64,000 bases of DNA from Treponema sp. UBA6367 (lineage in GTDB: Bacteria; Spirochaetota; Spirochaetia; Treponematales; Treponemataceae), in NCBI GenBank assembly GCA_002437725.1, contig DJRF01000024.1, forward strand, positions 53,205-117,204, given 5' to 3'. Shown here in pieces: positions 27,797-36,022 of this stretch. A program made the translations under genes and the position numbers. Each line of letters begins with the position of its first letter. Position 1 is the first letter of the stretch. The notes under the pieces are model-generated. The model made no database searches. It saw only the letters and a list, made by a program, of their open reading frames with translations, and was not told the DNA's origin.

Positions 27797-30361
27797 ATGA
27801 AAAAGAAAGTTTTAAGCCTATTTATGGCAACTGCGTTTATTCTGTTTGGAATAATGATTTTTGGCTGTGCAATAGACAGCGATTCGGACAATCCTAGGTC
27901 GGGGGGGGCGGCTCTTTAACCTATTCAGCTGTTAGAAATGTAAAATCTGCGGCGACAAATGAAAAAGTTATTCTGGCTTGGCAAAACCCGGAACAAAATT
28001 ATTACGGTGTAAAAATTGCAATGTCGCCGGCAGCTGGTAATCTTGCAGAACCGCAAGCTTGCCCAAAAGAAACAAACACTTTTACTGTAACAGGTTTAAG
28101 TGCGGATACTGAATATACATTCACCTTTACAAGTCTTGATTCAGAACAACAGGAAACATCAGAAAAAACTGAAATTAAAATAAAAACTGCGGAAAAAACA
28201 TCAGAAGAACCAGGCGACACAACATCGCCGGAAGATGTCACAGATTTTGCTGTAGAACTTGAAGATTTGGTTGCAACATTAAAATGGAAAGTTTCAAAGT
28301 CAGAAGATTTATTTGGATATTTGATTTCTTATGAAGAAGAAAAACTGAAATCCGGCACAATTGATACTTCCCGTTCTGTTTTGACAGAAGCAATGGCAAA
28401 AAATACAGTCTTTGTAAGCCCGGAAACTAAAAAATATTCAATCAGCGTAAAATCAGGTCGTTCCTATATATTCACTGTAAAAACTGTAGACACAAGCGGA
28501 AATGAAAGCGACGGTGTAAAATCAGAAAAAATAACGATTGCGGAAAACGTCGGGCCTGCGTTAGGCAGCCGTACCGAAAGCCTGAACTACATTTTTGGAA
28601 CAGATTCAGTTGCAGAAATAACTCTTACAATCAGCCGCGAGCAATGGGATGAACTTTGTGCAAATTACGACAAAAATCCTAAAAACGAAGACTGCGTTCA
28701 TGCCGACTTTGAGATGAAAAAAGGCAGCAACACTTGGCAAATCAGCGATATTGGAATGCGACTTCGAGGAAACACAAGCCGCCGCCGACCGCAACTTGGC
28801 GAGCAATACTATCAGGCGCATTTTAAGCTCGACTTTGAAGAATGGCTCGACGATTCAGGCGAAGAGCGAAAACTTGCCGGCTGCATGAAAGGCTTGAACC
28901 TTAAACGCTTTAAGGAAGACCCGACTTACGTGCGCGAAGTTTTTGGCTACAACTATTTCCGTAAAAACGGAATCTGGACAGCTCCACGCGCAGGCTATGC
29001 TCATCTTTTTATCAACATCAAGGAAAAAGACGGAACTACGAAACCGTTGGACTACGGTGTTTACGCAATGATTGAAGAAATCAAGAAGCCTTCGCTACGA
29101 CTACGACCTGAAAACAAACAAGGATGAGCTAAGCGATGCCCGAAACAATTTTATCGATTTTATAGAAGAATTGAACAGTCTTAATTCAGAAGAGGAGATA
29201 GAGACTTTCTACGAAAGCAAGATGGACGTGGATTTGTTCATAAAAACTTACGCCTGCAATGTTCTTTTAGGAATGGACGACGACTACTGGCGAAATCACA
29301 ACAACTATTACTTCTATTTTGACACAAAAGGCAAGGCATATTTTATTCCTTACGATTACGACAACATCTTGGGAACAAACTGCTTTACCGACACAGCCAC
29401 AAGAAATCCGCTTGACTGGGGCGAAGGCGTTTATGAGGCTCCGCTGATAGAGAAACTTCTTTCCGTTCCAGAATTTAAGCAGAAGTACGTGGACTATCTT
29501 CTTGCGTTGAGCGAATCGTCCGTTTTTGTTGAAGAAAGCCAGACTGAAATCACAAGATTGCAAAATCTGGTAACAGGGCTGATTGCAAGCAATGATATTG
29601 AATATGAAGATACATTTAAAGAAATTAAAGATGATGTGGCCTATTGGTGTTCAAATCGCGGAAAATATCAGCTTTTGAGTGGAGATGAAACTAGTAACTA
29701 CTTTAAAGCTAAGGCGAAATCCGTTCAAGTTTACTGCAAACCAAAATATGTAGATATTACGCTTGATTTGAATAAGGAAGATGCAAAGCTTCTGATAAAA
29801 AATGAATATTTTCAAGGAACGCGTACTTTTTCTAAAGCTATAGCAGAAACTGCTGTAAGCAATCTTTATAGCAAGATATTTATATTTGGAAACAATGATG
29901 AAGAATATAAGTTTGCCGGTTGGTATGATGCTGCAACAGATGGAGAATTAGTTACATATATACCTACAGAAAATTCCACTTTGTATGCACATTATGAAAA
30001 ACGAAACGCTCCAACCTATAAGCCATATAAGTATTGGGTAGACGAGAATGGTCCTCACATAACTTTTACTTTCAATCCACAAGATTTTTATATTCCTGAA
30101 GATTTTGTTATAGAATCTTGTGTTCCTGCTTGTGAACTCAATGATTGGGGACAGACATGGCCAAAAATGGAAAAACAGGAAAATGGGACATATACATATA
30201 CTTATTCTGATAAAAGAATATCATCGATTTATGCAGGTTATAAATTCGTTGCAAATGATAAGCTTTGGTTAGGATGGCCAGAATATGCAAAGGAACTTCC
30301 TGAAGAATATTATAAAAACCAACCTAACTATGATTTTATGATGCCAGAATTGAATGAATAA
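27797..30361 (+). pseudogene. CotH-domain surface lipoprotein (FN3-like repeats + CotH + C-terminal repeat/CBM-like region), interrupted by two frame breaks
   Basis: GGAGG is followed by ATG 27797, giving MKKKVLSLFMATAFILFGIMIFGC (lipobox). This frame stops at TAA 27917 just after a G8 run. The frame opening at 27898 continues as GGGGSLTYSAVRNVK... into ORF 28021..29127, which has FN3-like segments and then CotH motifs MRLRGNTSRRRP and KRFKEDPTYVREVFGYNYF. A second break near 29086..29096 leads into ORF 29072..30361 (YDYDLKTNKDELSD..., FAGWYDAATDGELV). Confidence 0.75.
27901..27908 (+). repeat. homopolymeric G8 tract inside the CotH-lipoprotein coding region
   Basis: Eight consecutive G at 27901..27908. 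The upstream frame is 27797 mod 3 = 2 and the downstream frame is 28021 mod 3 = 1. G9 or G6 would fuse them. Confidence 0.95.
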
Positions 30362-30491
30362 CTTTTTTTACTAGCTTATTCCCCTCGCTGCAAAAATTCT
30401 TGCCGCGGGGGATTTTTATTGCAATTTTAAATTTGATACGAAATTCTTCTATAATTTGAAAAATGCGGTGTTTTAAACTCTCATAAACACC

Positions 30492-30520
30492 TTGACACAA
30501 TCTAAACAAAAAGTTATATT
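30492..30520 (+). promoter_or_regulatory. sigma-70-like promoter for rpmB
   Basis: TTGACA (30492..30497), a 17-nt spacer, then TATATT (30515..30520). It lies 40 nt upstream of the rpmB ATG. Confidence 0.5.
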
Positions 30521-30560
30521 TTTAGAACTCACTTAGAAATTAATTAAGGTAGGTATAGAT

Positions 30561-30782
30561 ATGTCTAGAGAATGTGATATTTGTGGCAAAGGCGTAATGC
30601 ACGGAAACAAAGTTTCAAAGTCTTTCAATCATACAAAACGCACTTGGCGTCCTAATTTGATGACTGTCAAAGCTGACCTTGGTAACGGCGAAGTAAGAAC
30701 AATAAAAGTATGCACTCGTTGCTTCCGCAGCGATTTCCTTATTAAGAAAGTTCGCGTTCCAAAGACAGCAGAAACAAAATAG
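30561..30782 (+). CDS. rpmB: 50S ribosomal protein L28 (Cys-rich, zinc-ribbon form)
   Basis: MSRECDICGKGVMHGNKVSKSFNHTKRTWRPNL... with CxxC...CxxC. 73 aa. Confidence 0.92.
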   Translation: MSRECDICGKGVMHGNKVSKSFNHTKRTWRPNLMTVKADLGNGEVRTIKVCTRCFRSDFLIKKVRVPKTAETK

Positions 30783-30800
30783 TTTATTTTACTTGTTTAA

Positions 30801-30847
30801 AAAAGGCTGGTTTTTGAAAATTCCTTTTCTAAATCAGCCTTTTTTTA
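30801..30847 (+). terminator. rho-independent terminator after rpmB
   Basis: AAAAGGCTG(GTTT)...(AAAT)CAGCCTTTT stem followed by a T-run. Confidence 0.55.
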
Positions 30848-30901
30848 TGCGATTTTCATTTTTGCATTCAGTCCTGATTTTAAAATAAAGCGAACAAAAT
30901 T

Positions 30902-31864
30902 TTATGCTTCTAAAATCAATCCATCAAAAGCAGGTCCAACAGAACCTCCTTTTTTTACAATTTCACTAAGATTCGGATAATCTGCAAGCTGCTCTTTTGC
31001 ATATTCTTGAATTTCTACATGGCTCATCAAATGGCAAATATGAATAAACCAGGTATGAACAGGCTTTATCTGTTCTGCAACATCCATCGCTTGCCTAAAA
31101 CCAAAATGCGTTGAATGAGGTTTTACTCTAAGTCCGTCAATAACGCAGTGTTCAATAACGCCGCCTCTATCTTTTAAAATTTGAATGCTTTCTTCAGGAA
31201 TAAAATTAGTATCTGTAAGATATGCAATAGAATGAACTTTTCCATCATCTTTATTCTTGCAAGAAATAAGCCAGCCAGTGTCATCCAATTCGCCGTGTTT
31301 CAAAGGAATCGGGGTAACAGTCAAGTCTCCAAACTCTTTTGGCGGTTTTTTTTCAATTTCAGCGCAGTCAACCATAATTAATTTTGGTTTTCCGCCGCCA
31401 ATCTGAGTGTTTGTCTTAAAAATGTATTCAAACCGGCTCTTTACATCCTGAATCGTCTGGCGGTTAGCGTAAAGACAGATTCCTTTTTTATTTGCAGAAA
31501 TCTCAAGCATTTTTGGAGGAATTCCTGCGTTCTCAGGATTATTTTTCAGTTCTTCAATTTTATCGCTTCCAAGCGTATGACTGAAAACGCGTATATCATC
31601 AAGTCCGTGCAAATGATCGGCATGGGAATGAGTCAAAAGAACGGCATCTATAGCTTTTATTCCATATTTTATGCACTGCAATCTAAACTCAGGACCAGTA
31701 TCAATCTGCAGATGACTAACCGTTCCATTACTGTTTTGGTTCGTTACATAAGCGCTGCACCTAAAACGTTTATCTCGAGAATCTTCTGAAGTGCAAACAC
31801 GGCAATTGCAAGCAATGCAAGGAATTCCGTGGCTTGTGCCTGTTCCCAAAAGAACCATTTTCAT
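30902..31864 (-). CDS. MBL-fold metallo-hydrolase
   Basis: LLTHSHADHLHGLDD motif. 320 aa. The start overlaps the pyk stop (TAATG). Confidence 0.75.
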   Translation of the reverse strand: MKMVLLGTGTSHGIPCIACNCRVCTSEDSRDKRFRCSAYVTNQNSNGTVSHLQIDTGPEFRLQCIKYGIKAIDAVLLTHSHADHLHGLDDIRVFSHTLGSDKIEELKNNPENAGIPPKMLEISANKKGICLYANRQTIQDVKSRFEYIFKTNTQIGGGKPKLIMVDCAEIEKKPPKEFGDLTVTPIPLKHGELDDTGWLISCKNKDDGKVHSIAYLTDTNFIPEESIQILKDRGGVIEHCVIDGLRVKPHSTHFGFRQAMDVAEQIKPVHTWFIHICHLMSHVEIQEYAKEQLADYPNLSEIVKKGGSVGPAFDGLILEA

Positions 31865-33660
31865 TAGATTATGCCTTCGTAAACAAGCCCTTGCTCTCCG
31901 TCCATTGTAACGGAAAGATCGTTTTCAAGAATTTTTAAGGCATCCCTGACGTTCTGAATCCAAACCAAATCAGGATTTAAAAGCGCTAATTGTTCTACAG
32001 GAATATCGCTGCCAGATTCTGAAATAACGCCATTAACTACGCGCAACGCAGGAACCAAATCTTCAGTTATTCGCCAGCAAACTAAAATTGCCTTGCTATT
32101 CAGCCTAACTTGATTGCGAATTTCGTTCAAATCGTTTTCATGAACAATTCTTCCAGAAGTCCTTGGATTTTCCTTATCAGCAAAACCAAAAACAGTTCCA
32201 CGCGCAAGAATATTTCCGACAACTAGAACTTTTATGGTATTTATCATCATCGGACTTGAAATAGGAATTCCCGCGCACATCAAAACTTTATCGCCCTGCT
32301 TTACAGCCCCGCAACGCACACATTGAGTAATTGCGCTTTGAATCATCATTTCAGAATCATCTGCAACTTGGCATAAAACTGGCAAGACGCCCCATTGAAT
32401 CATAAGCTGCTGAGCAACTTTTTTATCCGGCGTTACTGCAAGAACCACTTGTTCTGGACGGTAGCTGCCAATAATGCGAGCAGTATTTCCGTGAAGAGTT
32501 GGAACAAGAATCGCCTTTACATTAATATTCCTTGCAAGTTTGTATGCGCTATGGGCAACCATGTGGCCAACTTCAATTCCAGGCTTATATTCAGAATCGA
32601 ACTTTCTCATCTGAAAAAGATATTCCTGGCTTTGTTCTGTAGTTCTAGTTATTAAAACCATTGCTTTTACAGATTCTACAGGATATTTTCCGCCGGCAGT
32701 CTCTCCGCTTAGCATAACCGCATCAGTTCCGTCAAAAACTGCGTTGGAAACATCTGTAAGCTCAGCGCGCGTAGGCCGAGGATTTACTATCATTGAATCG
32801 AGCATTTGAGTCGCCGTGATAACGGGTTTTCCAGCAGCACGGCAAACGCGGATAATCGCTTTTTGCGCCAAAGGAATCCGCTCTGGAGGAATCTGAACGC
32901 CCAAATCTCCGCGGGCAATCATAATTCCGTCAGCTTCTTTAACAATTTCTTCTATATTATTGAGTCCTTCTTCGTTTTCGATTTTTGCAATAACGCGGGC
33001 ATTTGCTCCGACTTCTTTTAAGAAAGTTTTTATCTGAACAACTTCTTCTGGAAAACTAACAAAACTTGCCGCGACAAAATCAATATCTTGCGTAGCCCCA
33101 AAACGCAAATCTTCCTTGTCCTTTTCAGACATTATCGGAAGCCCTGCGTGAAGCCCAATCAGATTTACATTTTTTTTGCTTCCAAAAGAACCAGAATTCT
33201 TCGCCTCGCAAATTATTTTCTTGCCTTGAATTTCAACAACATCAATTTCAATAAGACCGTCGGCAATTAAAACGCGAATTCCAGGCTTCATTTTTTCAGG
33301 AGCGTCTTTCCAAGATATGCTTATGTGGCAAGGAGTTTCTGCCGTTGCCGCAGTACAAAAACTGTCATCGGCAACAAGTTCAATCTTATCGCCAGTATTT
33401 ATAGTAATTTTTCCGTCATTTTCAACAATACCAGTACGGATTTCCGGACCTTTTGTATCAAGAAGAATCGCAACAGGAATTCTTAAAGCGCTAGCAACTC
33501 TTTTTACACGATCCATAGCTTGCTTATGCCATTCATAAGTTCCATGGCTAAAATTAAAACGGGCAATATTCATGCCTGCAAGAATCATTTTCTTTATAGT
33601 TTCATCGTTATCGCAAGCAGGTCCAATCGAACATACAATCTTTGTTTTTCTTGAATACAT
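31864..33660 (-). CDS. pyk: pyruvate kinase with extra C-terminal PEP-utiliser-like domain
   Basis: KTKIVCSIGPA, LLDTKGPEIR and MIARGDLGV motifs. The 598-aa length implies a C-terminal extension of about 110 aa, as in Bacillus-type enzymes. Confidence 0.9.
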   Translation of the reverse strand: MYSRKTKIVCSIGPACDNDETIKKMILAGMNIARFNFSHGTYEWHKQAMDRVKRVASALRIPVAILLDTKGPEIRTGIVENDGKITINTGDKIELVADDSFCTAATAETPCHISISWKDAPEKMKPGIRVLIADGLIEIDVVEIQGKKIICEAKNSGSFGSKKNVNLIGLHAGLPIMSEKDKEDLRFGATQDIDFVAASFVSFPEEVVQIKTFLKEVGANARVIAKIENEEGLNNIEEIVKEADGIMIARGDLGVQIPPERIPLAQKAIIRVCRAAGKPVITATQMLDSMIVNPRPTRAELTDVSNAVFDGTDAVMLSGETAGGKYPVESVKAMVLITRTTEQSQEYLFQMRKFDSEYKPGIEVGHMVAHSAYKLARNINVKAILVPTLHGNTARIIGSYRPEQVVLAVTPDKKVAQQLMIQWGVLPVLCQVADDSEMMIQSAITQCVRCGAVKQGDKVLMCAGIPISSPMMINTIKVLVVGNILARGTVFGFADKENPRTSGRIVHENDLNEIRNQVRLNSKAILVCWRITEDLVPALRVVNGVISESGSDIPVEQLALLNPDLVWIQNVRDALKILENDLSVTMDGEQGLVYEGII

Positions 33661-33764
33661 ATTTCTATTATACAGAAATTACTCAGATTTGTGAATTTTT
33701 TTCTTTCAGGATTTTTTATTTTACGCAATCAGACTAAAAATCCGGTTTTATAAAAAAACGTAAA

Positions 33765-33851
33765 TAGCCCGAACTTCGAGTTTTTAGAAAAAGAATAATT
33801 TCGTTGAGAGCGTTTTTTTCACAATTTATAAAAAACTCGAAGTTCGGGCTA
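33765..33851 (-). repeat. intergenic palindromic element, short form (S2)
   Basis: TAGCCCGAACTTCGAGTTTTTAGAAAAAGAATAATTTCGTTGAGAGCGTTTTTTTCACAATTTATAAAAAACTCGAAGTTCGGGCTA. This equals copy D minus its internal block of about 118 bp. Confidence 0.9.
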
Positions 33852-33992
33852 AATATTTTTCTTCAACATAAAAACTATCAAACAGTTGTTTTCTTTTTAA
33901 TTGAACTTAAACAAAAAAGATAGTATATTTAAAGGCAAATGATTTTTTGGGGAAACCCAGATTTCACAATGAAGTTTTTATAGGAGTTATAA

Positions 33993-35849
33993 ATGACAGT
34001 TGATGAAATTAAAAATTCCAAGATTAAAAATTGGATTGAAGAATGTGTTAAGATGTGCGAACCTGACAATGTAGTTGTATGCGATGGTTCTAAAGCTGAA
34101 TACGATCGTCTTATGCAGAAATGCGTTGATGCGGGTCTTGCAACTCCGCTTACAAAAAAGCCTAACAGCTTCCTTTTCCGCTCACTTCCAAGCGATGTTG
34201 CACGTGTTGAATCACGTACATTTATTTCTTCTGTAAAAGAAGAAGATGCTGGTCCTACAAACCACTGGATTGCACCAGCTGAACTTAAAGCTACAATGAA
34301 AGGTCTTTACAAAGGCTGTATGCACGGAAGAACAATGTATGTAATTCCATTCTGCATGGGACCACTTGGCTCACCAATCGCAAAATACGGAATTGAACTT
34401 ACAGATTCTGAATATGTAGTTCTCAACATGGACATCATGACTCGTGCCGGCGAAAAAGTTTGGGCTTACCTTGGAGACGACTTTGTTCCATGTCTTCACT
34501 CAGTTGGTAAACCGCTCAACAACGGCGAAAAAGACAACGGTGTTTGGCCTTGCGCAGATGTTGAACACAAATACATCAGCCAGTTCCCGGAAGAACGCCT
34601 TATCTGGTCTTACGGTTCTGGATACGGCGGAAACGCTCTTCTTGGAAAGAAATGTTTCGCTCTCCGCATTGCAACTGTAATCGCACGCGAAGAAGGCTGG
34701 CTTGCTGAGCACATGCTTATCCTTAAGCTCACAAACCCTGAAGGAGAAGTTAAATACGTTACCGGCGCATTCCCTTCTGCTTGTGGAAAAACAAACCTTG
34801 CAATGCTTATTCCTACAATTCCTGGCTGGAAAGTTGAAACAGTCGGCGATGATATTGCCTGGATGAAATTCGGAAAGGACGGTCGTCTTTACGCCATCAA
34901 CCCAGAAGCAGGATTCTTTGGAGTTGCTCCAGGAACATCTGCTGAATCTAACAAAAACGCTCTTGAAGCTGCCTCAAAGAACACAATCTTTACAAACTGC
35001 GCTCTTACAGAAGATGGAGACGTTTGGTGGGAAGGAATCGGTTATCCTGCAAAGGGCAAACTTGTTGACTGGAAAGGCAACACACGCGACGCACTTCCAA
35101 AAGACAAGTCTCCTAAGGGCGAAGAATTCGCTCATCCAAACGCACGCTTTACAGCGCCTGCAAAACAGTGTCCTTGTATCGCGTCTGACTGGGAATCTCC
35201 AGAAGGTGTACCAATCAGCGCAATCTTGTTCGGTGGCCGCCGTCCTTCAACAGTTCCGCTCGTACACCAGAGCCGCAACTGGAACCACGGTGTATTCCTT
35301 GGATCTATCGTAGGTTCAGAAATTACTGCCGCTTCTACAATCGACGCTAGCCAGGTTGGAAAAATCCGCCGCGACCCATTCGCAATTCTTCCATTCTGCG
35401 GATACAACATGGGCGACTACTTCCAGCACTGGATCGACGTTGGCGCAGCCGCTGCTAAACGTGGTGAAGAAGACAAACTTCCTAAGATTTTCTATGTTAA
35501 CTGGTTCCGCAAGGACGAAAACAACAAGGATCTTCCAGGTGGATTCATGTGGCCAGGATACGGCGACAACAGCCGCGTTCTTGCATGGATTTTCGACCGT
35601 TGCGACGGAAAAGACAACTACGTTGACACACCAATTGGATTTATGCCAAAAGAAGGCGCTCTCAACCTTGACGGTCTTGCTGACGTTTACAAAGCACAGA
35701 TTCCTGCAATCACAGCAGTTGACAAGGAAGGCTGGCTCAAGGAATGTAAAGACATCCGCGAGAACCACTATCCAAAGTTCGGCAAACACCTTCCAAAAGA
35801 ATTGTCTGCTTGCTTGGATGATTTGGAAAGCCGCTTGAATAAAGCTTAG
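33993..35849 (+). CDS. pckG: phosphoenolpyruvate carboxykinase (GTP)
   Basis: [18 protein letters not shown] and FPSACGKTN motifs. 618 aa. Confidence 0.93.
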   Translation: MTVDEIKNSKIKNWIEECVKMCEPDNVVVCDGSKAEYDRLMQKCVDAGLATPLTKKPNSFLFRSLPSDVARVESRTFISSVKEEDAGPTNHWIAPAELKATMKGLYKGCMHGRTMYVIPFCMGPLGSPIAKYGIELTDSEYVVLNMDIMTRAGEKVWAYLGDDFVPCLHSVGKPLNNGEKDNGVWPCADVEHKYISQFPEERLIWSYGSGYGGNALLGKKCFALRIATVIAREEGWLAEHMLILKLTNPEGEVKYVTGAFPSACGKTNLAMLIPTIPGWKVETVGDDIAWMKFGKDGRLYAINPEAGFFGVAPGTSAESNKNALEAASKNTIFTNCALTEDGDVWWEGIGYPAKGKLVDWKGNTRDALPKDKSPKGEEFAHPNARFTAPAKQCPCIASDWESPEGVPISAILFGGRRPSTVPLVHQSRNWNHGVFLGSIVGSEITAASTIDASQVGKIRRDPFAILPFCGYNMGDYFQHWIDVGAAAAKRGEEDKLPKIFYVNWFRKDENNKDLPGGFMWPGYGDNSRVLAWIFDRCDGKDNYVDTPIGFMPKEGALNLDGLADVYKAQIPAITAVDKEGWLKECKDIRENHYPKFGKHLPKELSACLDDLESRLNKA

Positions 35850-35863
35850 TTTTCCGACTTGCA

Positions 35864-36003
35864 AGAAGGGGATGTCTAATAAGTTCTAAATGTCATTGTC
35901 GTACTTGATACGACAATCTCTAAATGATTGCAATATATGCATTTAGATTTTCGGGTCAAGCCCGAAAATGACAGAAAAGACACTTTTGGGACATCCCCTT
36001 TCT
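35864..36003. other. 140-nt multi-hairpin element between convergent pckG and res
   Basis: The closing stem AGAAGGGGATGTC / GACATCCCCTTTCT encloses three perfect hairpins. These are ATTGTCGTA-cttga-TACGACAAT (35895..35917), TCTAAATG-N13-CATTTAGA (35919..35947) and TTTTCGGG-tcaa-GCCCGAAAA (35948..35968). Confidence 0.6.
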
Positions 36004-36022
36004 ATTTTATTGTAGCATATTT

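Noticed and set aside
27592-27891. 99-aa minus-strand ORF.
   Set aside because: It lies almost entirely on copy E of the palindromic intergenic element and overlaps the 5' end of the CotH-lipoprotein gene. I treat it as a repeat read-through.
34444-35864. Several long alternative-frame and antisense ORFs inside pckG (e.g. 35316..35864 -, 35356..35838 +, 34918..35313 +). There are similar ones inside res (37529..38230 +), purF (53909..54538 -) and purB (52970..53449 -).
   Set aside because: They are fully nested in confidently identified genes, have low-complexity or biased composition, and lack start-site signals. This is typical of shadow ORFs.
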